Assembly (NCBI GenBank): GCA_964016885.1
Contig: OZ024761.1
Coordinates: 15,934,001-15,998,000 of the forward strand
Length of the DNA stretch: 64,000 bases
Source of the DNA: Eledone cirrhosa
Lineage: Eukaryota
Reading direction: 5' to 3'
A model generated the notes under the pieces. That model made no database searches, was not told where the DNA came from, and saw only the letters and a list, made by a program, of their open reading frames with translations. Each line of letters opens with the position of its first letter. The stretch's first letter is position 1. Of this stretch, positions 1 through 12,918 are shown piece after piece. Both the position numbers and the translations under genes were made by a program.

Positions 1-34
1 AGTAGTGGTGGTAGTAGTAGTGGTGTTGGTGGTG

Positions 35-66
<32 letters not shown>

Positions 67-214
67 GGTGGTGGTGGTGGTGGTGGTAATAGCAGCAACA
101 ACAGCAGCAACCACTACCTTACATCACTACATCACATGACAGAATATACCACACTTCCTCAGTCTACAGACACCAATGGATGTTGCCATCGACAACGACG
201 ACGACGACAACAGT

Positions 215-1060
215 ATTATACATATTACAGGGCCTCTATGTGGTCTGGTCGCTCCCCCATGTTAAAAATAGCAGCCAAAATACCTAATGTTATACATATA
301 CATATTATACATATTACAGGGCCTCTATGTGGTGTGGTTGTTTCAGATGCTAGAAACAACAGCCAAATACTCCATGTTGGGATTATACATATAACAGGGC
401 CTCTATGAGGTGTGGTCGCTTCCCATGATAGAAAAAACAACTAAATACCCCATGTTGGGATTATACATATTACAAGGCCTCTATGTGGTATGGTCGCTCG
501 ACCTGCTAGAAATAACTGCCATATCCCCTATGTTGGGATTATGTGTATTACATGGAGGAGAGTGTATGCTAGAAATAATAGTCAGACGCCCCCTTCCCCC
601 TCCCCGGCTGGAAACACATCCTGCCATCTTAATGAAAGATACACTGGACAGAGTAGTATATGTTTTCCTGTAGTGTGGCCACACGACCTGCTAGAAATAG
701 CAGCTAAATACACAATGTTGGGATTATACACATTACAGGGCCTCTATGTGGTGTGGTCCCGCCACATGTTAGAAATAGCAACTAAATATACAATATTGGT
801 ATTATATGTATTACAGGGTCTCTATGTGATGTGGTCCCTCCACATGCAGTTGTTAATAAGAAGAGTTTAAATTAATGCATGAAATATTTCACAGCTCTAG
901 CATCACTCCTTCATAGTCAACCGACAAACTTATCAGCCTTCCCCTCAAACATCTTCCTCTATGTGGTGTGGTCATTCAATCTGTTAGAAATAACAACCAA
1001 ATACTACCTTAAATAAAGAAGGATGCACTTCACAAGGCATTATCCTCTATGTGGTCACTG
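215..1060 (+). repeat. Degenerate tandem array (about 80-bp unit) of an interspersed-repeat fragment
   Basis: Repeated tattacagggcctctatgtggtgtggtc...gctagaaatagcagccaaatac. Single copies of the motif occur near 24810 (-), 28102 and 52250. Confidence 0.75.
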
Positions 1061-1204
1061 GTTTAACTAGAAACGGCAGTCAACTACTCGTTTAACACAT
1101 TTGTTAACATATTTCGAGAAAAAAATCAGCAATTTGGAGTGATTTAGTAATATGACTAACTTTCTCATTATTAAGCTAGTGTTTGAAGAATAATTTAACG
1201 AAGG

Positions 1205-1695
1205 ATCATCATCATCATCATTGTCATTTTTGCATTCATTTTTCCACGCTTGCATGTGTTTTGACAGGTCTTTCTCAGCACAACATCTCTCCACTAGCCA
1301 TGTTCCTTCATCATCTCCTCTGTGAGTCTCAGTGATTTGAGATCAGCTCTCACCATCTCTGCACAGGTCTTCCTAGGTCTACCTCCACTGCAGCTTCCTT
1401 CCACCGGGATTTCCTGCCACTTCTTCACCCAGCGATCATCATCCAAGCACATCATAGTCTCCTCTCTTGCACACCACTTTGGATTATTCCTCTTAAACCC
1501 AGCTTCTATCTCAGCTCATCCAAGCTCTGCCTTTCTCTCACATTTACATTGCACATCCAACGAAGCATAGTTGCTTCATTTCTCTCCAGTCTACACATGT
1601 CCTCTGCATTCATTGCCCATGTTTCACTACCATGCAGGGAGAAACCTTTTGTTGTCAACAGTGGTAGTAGCTCTCTAAACTTTTTCCATCCAATT
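1205..1695 (-). mobile_element. Degenerate RTE LINE 3' end
   Basis: Aligns by eye with 49324-49820; carries the same tail. Confidence 0.8.
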
Positions 1696-2984
1696 TCTAG
1701 CTATTTTGCTCTCATGAATTTATAAATGAAGGTTTTTGGATAAATATAAACGATTTTAACTGAATAGTTTTGTATCATAGAACCAAGGGTGGTTTGGTGT
1801 CCTAAGTGTTAAAGTAGTTAAGATTGTAAATACTGCCAGACATTCTCTAACAATTCTGCATAGTCACCACCTCAGACTGGTCCTTTATCAACAAACCCCC
1901 AACAGTTTTGTATCCAAGAGGGCTCTTTTGTTATGTTAGGGGAACAATGACCTCCTTGGTGTGTGTTATCTACACAATAAATACATAGTCATCATCATCA
2001 TCACTTTACGTCCGCTTTTCCCTGCTTGCAAGGGTGGGATTAGAACTGATTCTGGCTTGATTTCTACAGCTGGATGCCCTTCCTAACACCAACCTCATTT
2101 ACAGTGAGTGCTGGGTGCTTTTTTGCCGTGGCACCTCCACGACCACTTTGCAGTGGAATGATATGGACACCAGTCCTATCATCTCATTTCTACAGCTGAG
2201 TAAACGGGAGCAATGTGAAATAAAGTGTCTTGCTCAAGGAAACAACACATCACCCGGTCTGAGAATTGAACTCACAACCTTTCGATTGCAAGGCCAATGC
2301 TCTAACCACTAAGCTATGTGCCTCCATCAACGCTCTGTAAAGTGATTGGTGACAAGAACAGCATCCAGCCATAGAAAAAAACATGCCAAACAAAGGGTCG
2401 GGGGGGGGGGGGGACTTATCTGCTGTGTCAAAGACACAACAACCACCCTAGTGTTGGTGATCTACATGATAAATGCACCCAGTACACTCTGTAAATGTAC
2501 CCAGTACACTCTGTAAATGCACCCAGTACACGGTTGCTTAAGATGCTACACAGTAGAATTGAACCCGAAACTTAATGATTTACAATAATTAAGTCTTGGG
2601 TTCAAAACTTTTTAATGATTTGACCCCACTGCGTCCACGTCGGCTAATTATAGGTAACAGTAACATTGATGGGTGCTTTTGTAGTAGGTGCTCCATACAG
2701 TGAACCATAGAAAGGTATAGAAAAAATATATATCTAAACTGCTTATACAGGTGGAAGGGGGATTATACAAGTCAAGATCTTATTCATCCAGATATTCTTT
2801 TTATTTTACTCCAACACACACAGGTAACATACACTCGCACACAAGTAATACACACACACACACAGGTGACACACAGACAGAACAGTTTAAATTCAGTACA
2901 ATATGACAAATAACCATACAATGGGATGGTACAAATCTGAGTATGAAAGAAAGAGGGATACGTGTAATATATACATATATGGAG

Positions 2985-3225
2985 TAGGTTGAGCTGGCAT
3001 TCACCTTGAGTGGGTTGAGCTGACATTCACCTAGGGAGGGTTGAGCCAGCATTTACCTAGTGAAGGTTGAGCTGACATTCACCTTGAGTGGGTTGAGCCA
3101 GCATTCACCATGACTGTGTTGAGCTTGCATTCACCTTGAGTGGGTTGAGCTGGCATTCACCTAAGGAGGGTTGAGCCAGCATTTACCTAGTGAGGGTTGA
3201 GCTGGTGTTAACCTTGAGTTGGTTA
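2985..3225. repeat. 26-bp minisatellite
   Basis: gttgagctggcattcaccttgagtgg variants. Confidence 0.85.
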
Positions 3226-4281
3226 AGCTAGTTCCAACCAGTACATTCACAGATGTGTTCGCTTTGTGGGCAGGCGAGCATGTTTTCTTTGGGGGGAGAG
3301 GTGTTACTAAACAACAACAAAACCCACAAAAACTAGTATTATTGTGGATTGACAGTATCAGTAGAGCAACAGACAACATGCTTTTCAGCATAAAGTTATG
3401 TCCCTTTACGTTCTGATTTCAAATTCCATCCAGGTTAGCTTTGCTTTTCACCCTCATGAGATCGATCAAATAAAGTACCAGTAATGCACTGGGGTCAATT
3501 TAATCGACTTTCTCACCTCCCCAAATTACTGGCATTGTGCTAAAATCAGAATCTATTATTATTATTATTAGGGTGGTGGATTGGCAGAATCGGTAGTGTT
3601 GGACAACATACTTTACAGCATAGAGTTACATCCCTTTACATTCTGAGTTTAAATTGCTCTGAGATTAACTTTGTTTTCATCCTTATGGGGTCAATAAAAT
3701 AAAGCACAGTAATGTACTGAGGTCGACTTAATCGACTTTCCGCTCCCCCCAAATTACTGGCCTTTTGCTTTTACTAGAAATCATTATCATCATCATCATC
3801 ATAGGAGCAGTAAATTGACAAAATTGGTAGAGTGTCAGACAAAATGCTTTGCAGTATTTGTTCCAGCTCTTTACGTTCTGAGTTCAAATCCTACCAAGGT
3901 CAACTTTGCCTAACTCAGAAACCATTAATACTAATACTACTTATCCAGTCACATGAGCTCTCTTTTGTTCGGAGGAACAAAAGGTAAAAATGTAATTCTA
4001 GCATCATCTAAAATGTAGAAAATGTCTAAATGACATTCTTGATCTAGATTATAATCCAATGCCGCCGTGTCTTTGAATGGCAAAACAGATGATTGGGGAG
4101 TAGAGAAGGTTAACAAAAGTACAAACATCATCATGAACCACTATTACCATCATCATCATCATTACTAATACTACCGCTACCATCATCATCACCACTATCA
4201 TCATCATCATCATCATCATCATCACCATTTTTTTCTGTCTCTAAGTGTAATGTACCCAGTTTTCTACACTATCATCTAAAG

Positions 4282-4903
4282 CAAAGGTTCTCAACGGGGG
4301 GGGGGGGGGGGATATGCACGGGGGGGGGGCGTTTGGGAGCAAGGGGGGCGATAGGGGGGCGTTTGGAGCCTTGGGGGCACTGGAAGGCTCTTTACTTTGG
4401 TAAGTTTTATAAGCCATATTTGTGTGCCTTTGAGACAGCCAATGTGAATGCATTTGAATGAACATGCAGACAGCATAACTGTGGTCTGACCGCAGCTGTG
4501 AGCAGGTGTGTAGGCATGTCTAGATATTAACCGGCAATTCAAATCCTAAAATTAGAAAAACCGACAGTCAACTGAGTCAAAGACACTTTGAGTGCAGCCA
4601 GTTAGAATCTGGTCTTTCCTTCACCGATAACAATGTATTTCATGTCTGAAATTATTGACTCAACCGTAACAAGTTAACACTATGTAGATCTATTTTATTC
4701 CCTATTGTATAAATAATATTACAAACAAAAAAAAAAAAGAAAAAAAGACAGAGGCGAGTAGCACACACACATCTAGGACCACATACAACACGTAATCAGA
4801 TAATACACACATCTAGGACCACATACAACACATTTGTTGTATATATTTACTAATAAATATACCCTTTTACGTGGTCATGATTTCGAGGGACAAAAGGGGG
4901 CGT
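4282..4903 (+). mobile_element. Non-autonomous derivative of the same hAT element
   Basis: Starts caaaggttctcaac after ATCTAAAG. Carries two 40-bp units (4770-4832) and gatttcgagggacaaaag. The right TIR is replaced by (TA)n. Confidence 0.7.
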
Positions 4904-4937
<34 letters not shown>

Positions 4938-5156
4938 TGCATGTATGTATGTGTATATATATATATATGTATACTGAGCACACAGGCATTAGGATATGTG
5001 TTTTCCTGCCAGCGACATATCAAACATATCGATTTTCATCTGAGGATACCATTCTCATAATCAACAGCAAATGTATGAAGGACATCTTGATTGCATGGAG
5101 AACCGTGGAAATAATTATTATGATTAAACGATATATGTAACCTTATTTTGTAATTT

Positions 5157-5187
<31 letters not shown>

Positions 5188-5429
5188 TATATATGTATTA
5201 TATGTATATATAATTATATGTGTGTGTGTATGTGTATTTCAGAGGAAGATGTCAAAATCATCAAGGAAAACAATAAACCAGTGTTTTCAAATGAATTCCC
5301 TTGTGATATTAGTTCCACTTGAGTTGTCCATACAATCCCATGTCACCCACCTCCATCACAAATGCAGTGAACCCGTGAATGGCACAAAATTATAGCTAAA
5401 GACACTATTGTTGATCGAAAAATAAGGAG

Positions 5430-6062
5430 AACCTTAGTTCACTACCAACTGACCTAGTTAATGACCCACCAAACCTGGCTAACTACCAAATGACCTAGTT
5501 AATGACCCACCAAACCCAGCTTACTACCAAATGATCTAGTTAGTGACCCACCAAACATGGTTCATTACCAAGTGACCTAGTTACAGTGACCCACCAAATA
5601 TGGCTTGCTAACAACTGACCTAGTTAGTGATCCAGCAAGCTTAGCTCACTGCCAACTGACCTAGTTACAGTGACCCAGCAAGCTTAGCTCACTACCAACT
5701 GACCTAGTTACAGTGACCCAGCAAGCTTAGCTCACTACCAACTGACCTAGTTACAGTGACCCACCAAGCTTAGCTCACCACCAACTGACCAAGTTACAGT
5801 GACCCACCAAATAGCTTACTACCAAGTGACCTAGTTACTGTGATCCACCAAATATGGCTCACTACCAACTGACCTAGTCACAGCGACCCACCAAGCTTAG
5901 CTTACTACCAACTGACCTAGTTAGTGACCCATGAAGCTTAACTCACTACCAACTAACCTAGTTACAGTGACCCACTAAACCCAGCTTACTACCAACTGTC
6001 CTAATTACAGTGACCCGACAAGCTTAGCTCACTACCAAGTGACTTAGTTATAGTTAGTCACC
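5430..6062. repeat. About 40-43-bp minisatellite
   Basis: gacctagttacagtgacccagcaagcttagctcactaccaact variants. Confidence 0.9.
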
Positions 6063-6334
6063 AGGTTTGGAGCGTTATTCACCGATTCCCAAAGGGACAA
6101 AAGGCAAAGTTGATTTTGGCAAGATTTGAACTCAAAGTACAGAGAACAAGAATTAATAAGACCACAGGAATTCTAATGGACACTCTAATGACTGCTGACT
6201 GGCCACCACACAGATAATTATCATTGGACAGGTAGATCATCATCATCATCATCATCATGTAGATATAAGAATTAAATGATATTTCAATCTGTGATCAGAG
6301 ATTGAACTTGCAGTTGGCTAGATTAGGTAATCCA

Positions 6335-6705
6335 TCATTCAACTCCACTGACATTGCTACTACCAAGGTCATGACTCAATACCACTTGCATTACAACAAA
6401 GAAGGTCACAGATCAACTCAACTGACATTGCTAGCAACAAGGTTATGGCTCAATTCCACTTACATTGCTTCCAACAAGATCATGGCTCAATTCCACTTAT
6501 TTTGCTACAAACAAAGTCACAGCTCAACTCCACCAACATTGCTACCAATAAGGTTATGGCTCAATTCCACATACATTGCTACAAACAAGGTCACAGATCA
6601 ACTCCACTTACATTGCTAGCAACAAGGTTATGGCTCAATTCAACATACATTGCTATCAACAAGATCATAGCTCAATTCCACTTACATTGCTAGCAGCAAG
6701 GTCAC
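6335..6705. repeat. 37-bp minisatellite
   Basis: cattgctagcaacaaggttatggctcaattccactta variants. Confidence 0.85.
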
Positions 6706-7872
6706 GTTGACCTGCTGGACTCTGGGTGCAGCGCCAATTGATGCAAATTAAATAATTTACAGGAATAAATGAAAGGTAGAGTGATAAACCTACTCACTCA
6801 CAAACACACACACATACACAACAAACCTACATACATGCACATGCACACACAAACCTACACACACACACATGCACAAGCACACAATAAACCTACACACAGA
6901 CACATGACCTAATTAATAAGTAAGGAGCTAAATACTTGCTACTTGAGTCAAGTTCTGTTATTAGAGAAATAAATAAATAAAAATATGTGGTTTTACCGTT
7001 GATTGTTTGTTAAATATTTGCTACACAAAGACATTAGAGACAATAGAGAAGACCAGATGAAATTCCTTAAAGTATTTGTTTTGGCATTATGTAATCATCA
7101 TCATTATCATCATTTAACGTCTATCTTCCACGCTAGCATGGGTTAGACAGGTTTGTCCCATTTAGAGGCAAGTTGGGTTGGGTGACCGTGTCTCGCTCAT
7201 ATAGATCTGTAATCTGAGTTCAAATCCTGCAGAGGTCAAGCTTCGACATTCAGTGATCTAAGGAACCTTTGACGAAATCTTTCCTGTTATTTTAATGAGA
7301 TAGCTGAACAACAGCTTTCAGATATCAGCAGGCAGACAGAGAGACTGACATCGGTATGGAAACAAATAATGTACGCAGCCAAATTTTCGGCTCTTTTGAA
7401 GCACTGAGAATATCTGTATATATATATATATATATAAGTATAAAGAAAGGGCTCAAGCGCAGAAATGCTATAAAAATAGCTTATAAAATAGGGTGAACAC
7501 ACTTAACAGACGGAAAAAGAAGTTGCCATCAGCCACTATGAGGAATTTAACCCTATATCTTTCAGATGCTGGAAGATCCTATGGGCATGTGGTTAGAATG
7601 TCTCAGGAAAAAATCGCCGGACAGATTTTACGGGCAATACCATCCGGCAAGGGACCCAGGGGTAGAATCCAAGCAAAATGGTAGGATAACATCCATGAGC
7701 TTGGCTAGTCTCACTTGGGGATCCAGGTGGATCAGTTGGAGATGGTTGCTTCTGACAGGACCTGCTGGAAGGAGTATTTTGAGGACTCTGGCCCCATGAC
7801 CCTCTCAGGAATAAGTGGGCGAAGAAGATATATATATGTATCTATATATATTATAGATTATTATATATATTA

Positions 7873-8536
7873 TAGATTAGAGAGAAACAAAGCCTGCATG
7901 CTCCGATGGATGTGTAACAGTAATATACGTGAACGACAAAGCATAAATGAATTGAGAGAGAGACTGAGCATAAGAGGAATCAAATGCTGCGTGCAGGAGA
8001 GGCGGTTACGCTGGTATGGACATGTGATGCGTATGAAGGATGACAGCTGCATAAAAAGGTGCAGAGCACTAGAAGTCGATGGAAACCGCGGAGTGGGGAA
8101 ACCCAAGATGACCTGGGATGAGGTGATAAAAGCCGGCCTTACCCAACTACACCTCTCAAAGTCAATGACACACGACCGTGACTTCTGGCGTCACGCAGTA
8201 ATACAGGGTACCCGACCTCCCATGGGTACATGCTGAAGCATATAAACAATATGCCCCCCCCCCCACACCGCAAGGTGGTCGTGGAGGTGCCACGGCAAAA
8301 AAGCACCCAGCCCACACTGTAAAGTGGACGTGTAGGCGCCACGAAAAAGCACCCAGCACTCACTGTAAATGAGGTTGGTGTTAGGAAGGGCATCCAGCTG
8401 TAGAAATCAAGCCAGATCAGTTCCTGTATGAGCAAGGCATGGTCAGCCGACCAGACACTGCCCACAACAGGACAACCCGTCTAACCCATGCTAGCGTGGA
8501 AGAACGGACGTAAAACGGTGATGATGATGATGATGA
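7873..8536 (+). mobile_element. RTE LINE 3' end (PHD-RT family)
   Basis: RLERNKACMLRWMC...[12 protein letters not shown], then the 3'UTR and (GAT)n. Confidence 0.9.
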
Positions 8537-9065
8537 TATATATATATAGACTACTGGATGTGCATGGCCACCAGCATATCACAATGATTACATAACTGCA
8601 CCTATGATTGTGTAAGCATCTGACGAAGTTACATGAATAACCATGTAACAGAAATATATATAATGCAATAAACAATTATGGTGATTTAATCCCTTCTTAA
8701 TTACCATTATTTGATTGTTGACTTTGCCTTTCATCCTTACGGGGGTCGATAAAATAAAGTACCAGTAATGCACTGGGTAATTGCTGGCCTTGTGCCTAAA
8801 GTAGAAACAATTATTTGATTGATATATATATGTATATATATATTGACAGGCGATCAACAAGATCCCAGACCTCATTCGCTTAACAAGTGGGGTACAGTTC
8901 ATCAAATCACACCGAGGAAACAATGTTTTAATAGTATCTGTCGGTGGCAAGCCCAGGCAGAACGAAAAACGTGAAATAAAGTGTCTTAGCTCGGTCTGGG
9001 AATTGAACTCACAACTTCACGATTTTTAATCCAATTCTCTAACCACTCAGCTATGTGCCTTTTAT

Positions 9066-9237
<172 letters not shown>

Positions 9238-9256
9238 TGGTTAAAAGAGTTCCATG

Positions 9257-9327
9257 TATTTTATTATGCGCATTTCAAAAACAAATATCATCATGGGATG
9301 ATATTTGCGTTTTCGTCAGATAAAATA
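9257..9327 (-). ncRNA. Type I hammerhead ribozyme motif
   Basis: tattttat CTGACGA aaacgcaaatatcatc ccat gatgatatttgttttt GAAAT gcgc ATA ataaaata. 8-bp stem I, long stem II, palindromic minimal stem III, AUA site. Confidence 0.85.
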
Positions 9328-9734
9328 GGGAGACATGATATGAAGGTTAAAAAACACTTGTGAATAGTGCAGTTTTAAATCAACATATTGCTTTATTGTA
9401 CTACAATAAAACTCACCTCCTACATATATATATCATCATCATCATCATCGTTTAACGTCCATATTCCATGCTTGCATGGGTTTGGACGGGAGTTTTCCCA
9501 CTTGAGGCAAGAGTGGTTGTCTTGCTCGCATAGGACTGTCTGGCGGGTTTTCTACGGCTGGATGCCCTTCCTAACACCAACCACGTTTACAGTATATATA
9601 TATTTATTAAAATAACAGATTAAAGTTTAAGCAAAGAATCGCTGCTTTCACCCTTAACGGGATCTTCTGAAACTAACAAAGTCAATCTGTAAACACAGAA
9701 GTGGATATTTATATAATTACAACACTGTCACAAA

Positions 9735-9782
9735 CAGGTACTCAAGTTTCGTTGGGTTCCAGGCCCCAATTCATTCAGCCTG
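9735..9782 (-). ncRNA. Type I hammerhead ribozyme motif, one-base core insertion
   Basis: cagg CTGAATGA attggg gcctggaa cccaac GAAAC ttga GTA cctg. Confidence 0.65.
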
Positions 9783-10066
9783 CCATGCCATCTTTATACT
9801 AAACTTGCCCTGTGGGCTGAGTGCTCTTACTCTTGGATATTTCCACTTAACTTTTACTTCTATATATATATATTTGTCGTTTCGGAAACCGCTTCAATGC
9901 AGATGGGTACATCTCCCGGTAATAAAATCAGGTGGCAGTAGGAAGACAGAGAAATGTAGGAAGAAATGTAAAAACGGACGTAAAAAACTGTAATAATCAA
10001 AATGAAGGTAGAAAGAAATCATGTTTGTTGTGAATTAAAAAATTAATAAAAAAAAATATTCTTTAC

Positions 10067-10102
10067 CTGGAACTCCTGTTTCAGTAATAACACCCATTGG
10101 AA
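10067..10102 (-). CDS. Candidate 36-nt symmetric (phase 1-1) mini-exon of the same PKC gene
   Basis: Minus strand: atttttctctttctctttacag | TTCCAATGGGTGTTATTACTGAAACAGGAGTTCCAG | gtaaag. Spliced to the 67-nt exon it continues in frame as VPMGVITETGVP with no stop. It is unique sequence between repeats. Confidence 0.55.
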
Positions 10103-10361
10103 CTGTAAAGAGAAAGAGAAAAATGGATAAAGTTTTTATTACTATTATTACTACTAGATGAAAGGGCAGTGGATTGGCAGTATTGGTAGAGCGTCATACA
10201 CCATGCTTTTCAGCATAGAGTTACGGCCCTTTATGATCTGAGTTCAAATCCCGCCAAGGTTAACTTTGCCTTTCATCTTTACGGGGTCGATAAAATAAAG
10301 TACCAGTAATGCATTGGGGTAATTGCTGGCCTTGTGCCAAAAGTAGAAACAATTATAACTA

Positions 10362-11297
10362 CTAGAAGAGGGCGACGTCTTCTCCCTCTTTCTCTCACAC
10401 TCACAAACACTCTCGCTCCCTAAACAAATGACGATCCTTTTCTCTCTCTATATATAAACATATCTCTTGCTTGGTGCTCCCCCTCTCTATATAAAGTGAG
10501 CATGAAAGACAGAAGGACAGACGGACAGACAGTGCTCTTATTATAATATAGACTAGCAGAAAACCGCCCACCGAGTGGTTTTCTGCTAGTATATATATAT
10601 ATTACACACACAGAAATGTATATATATTTCTGTGTGTATATATATATATATTACACACACAGAAATGTATATATATTTCTGTGTGTGTATATATATATAT
10701 ATTACACACACAGAAATGTATATATATTTCTGTGTGTGTATATATATATATTACACACACAGAAATGTATATATATTTCTGTGTGTGTATATATATATAT
10801 ATTACACACACAGAAATGTATATATATTTCTGTGTGTGTATATATATATATATTACACACACAGAAATGTATATATATTTCTGTGTGTGTATATATATAT
10901 ATATTACACACACAGAAATGTATATATATTTCTGTGTGTGTATATATATATATATTACACACACACATAAATGTATATATGTTTCTGTAGCACTCCTCAA
11001 TTCCCCCCCTCTCTCCCTCCCGCTATCCCCCTCTTGTAGTCTGTCTCTTTCTTTCACTCTCACTCTCTCTCTACGCGTGCGCAAAAAACATTCGCATGCG
11101 CGCACATGTTTTAGCGTCTATTCACTCTCTCTCTCTCCCTCTCTCCCTCCTGCTATCCCCCTCTCGTAGTCTGTCTCTTTCTTTCACTCTCACTCTCTCT
11201 CTACGCGTGCGCAAAAAACATTCGCACGCGCGCACGTGTTTCCACTGTCGGACAGACAGACAAACAGAGAAATTGCTGGTTATATATTATAAGGAGA
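10362..11297 (-). mobile_element. Tandem non-autonomous Helitron-like elements
   Basis: Minus strand 5'-TCTATATTATAATAAG...(CTGT/CCGT)n...CTAG-3' (10552 to 10362). A second unit has 5'-TCTCCTTATAATATATAA at 11297 and CTAG at 10553. Confidence 0.5.
10590..10990. repeat. About 50-bp palindromic minisatellite
   Basis: acacacagaaat-gtatatat-atttctgtgtgt units separated by (TA)n. Confidence 0.9.
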
Positions 11298-11318
11298 TTA
11301 GTCTTATTTTTATTGTGT

Positions 11319-11622
11319 GACATCACTGCATTTCTGAGCACAGCTCTGTGTGCCTTGGGTATCTGCAGTGTGGTTTTTGGTGGTGTTGTTTCGATTGCAT
11401 TGAGAGTACTGTTGGTAATATGTGTGCAGTGCCTAGTAGTGCTAATTTTTGTATGCTGTGTATATTTGTAAGTCCTGGAGTTTTGGTTATGTATCTGTCT
11501 GTGTGTCTTTATCACCAGAGCACCTATTATTATAGGTACTGTTTCTGTCTTCATCATCCACATTCAGGTTATTTCTATCTCTAGATGATTATATTTGGAT
11601 TTCCCCATTTCCTTGGAAGATA
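11319..11622 (-). mobile_element. R4/Dong-like non-LTR element, restriction-like endonuclease C-terminus (second tail fragment near 21590-21680)
   Basis: Frameshifted KSKYNHLEIEIT*MWMMKTETVPIIIGAL...IQKLALLGTAHI, matching the recalled KYxDL...PIIIGALG...QKxALLGTAxIL motif. Confidence 0.75.
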
Positions 11623-11645
11623 TATTATCATTATTATTATTATTA

Positions 11646-12097
11646 GGGTAGTGGATTGGCAGTATCAGTAGATCATCGGACACCATGCTTTTCAGCATAG
11701 AGTTATGGCCCTTTACGTTCTGAGTTCAAATCCTGGCGAGGTTAGCTTTGCCTTTCATCCCTACGGGGTCGATAAAATAAAGCACCAGTAATGCACTGGG
11801 ATAATTGCTGGCCTTGTGCCCAAAGTAGAAACAAGTGTTAGGGCAGTGGATTGGCAGTATTGGTAGAGGGTCGGACGACATGCTTTGCAGCAAAGAGTTA
11901 CGGCCCTTTACGATCTCAGTTCGAATCCCACCGAGGTTAACTTTGCCTTTCATCCTTACGGGGGTCGATAAAATAAAGTACCAGTAATGCACTGGGATAA
12001 TTGCTGGCCTTGTGCCCAAAGTAGAAACAATTATTAGAGCAGTGGATTGGCAGTATCAGCAGAGCGTCGGACACCATTCTTCACGGCATAGTTACAT
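11646..12097 (+). mobile_element. tRNA-derived SINE family 1, head-to-tail trimer
   Basis: A box TGGCAGTATCAG/TGG, B box GAGTTCAAATCC, central ctttgcctttcatccttacggggtcgataaaataaagtaccagt. Other copies: about 3330-3915, 8715-8815, 10164-10356, 21685-21950, 22380-22840, 23587-23780, 31152-31345, 54376-54552, 60635-61050 (+); 6075-6210, 22850-23030, 28846-29036, 32369-32522, 47355-47525, 60040-60150 (-). Confidence 0.9.
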
Positions 12098-12104
12098 GGT
12101 GGGG

Positions 12105-12918
12105 TGTGGATTGTTGCGGTGTGGTGTGGTGTGGAGTGGTGTGGAGTGGTGTGTTGTGGTGTGGTGCGGAGTGGTGTGGTGTGGAGTGGTGTGGTGTCGT
12201 GTGTTGTGGTGTGGTGTGTTGCGGTGTGGTGTGGTGTGTTGCGGTGTGGTATGGTATGGAGTGGTGCGGTGTGGTGTGGAGTGGTGTGTTGCAGTGTGGA
12301 GTGGTGTGGTGTGGTCTGAGATGGTGTGGTCTGAGATGGTGTGGAATGGTGTGGTCTGAGATGGTGTGGTGTGGTGTGGTCTAACGTGGTTTGGTGTGGC
12401 GTCGTCTGAGATGATGTGGTTTGGTCTAATGTGGTATGGTGTGGTGTGGTCTGAGATGGTGTGGTGTGGTCTGAGATGGTGTGGTGTGGTCTGAGATGGT
12501 ATGGTGTAGTGTGGTCTGAGATGGTGTGGTATGGTGTGGTCTGAGATGGTATGGTGTGGTCTGAGATGGTGTGGTGTGGTCTGAGATGGTGTGGTCTGAG
12601 ATGGTGTGGTATGGTGTGGTCTGAGATGGTGTGGTGTGGTCTAACGTGGTGTGGTGTGGTCTGAGGTGGTGTGGTGTAGTGTGGTGTGGTGTGGCCTGAG
12701 GTGGTATGGTGTGGTGTGGTCTGAGATGGTGTGGTGTGGTCTAATGTGATGTGGTGTGGTCTGAGATGGTGTGGTGTGGTGTGGTCTGAGATGGTGTGGT
12801 GAGGTGTGGTCTAACGTGGTGTGGTCTGAGATGGTATTGTGTGGTGTGATCTAACGTGGTGTGGTGTGGTCTGAGGTGGTGTGGTGTAGTGTGGTGTGGT
12901 ATGGTGTGGTGTGGTGTA
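12105..12918. repeat. (GGTGT)n pentanucleotide-based satellite
   Basis: Direct inspection; the complementary (ACACC)n tract is at 37870-38690. Confidence 0.95.

Noticed and set aside
5035-5095. Further hammerhead-like strings (CTGAGGA...GAAG here; CAGAAGA near 9665; CTGAAGA at 32352; GAAAC half-site near 25110)
   Set aside because: Core bases are altered or stems are missing; too degenerate to call.
5242-5400. Possible plus-strand exon after tgtatttcag
   Set aside because: No recognisable protein or partner exons; probably a decayed TE fragment.
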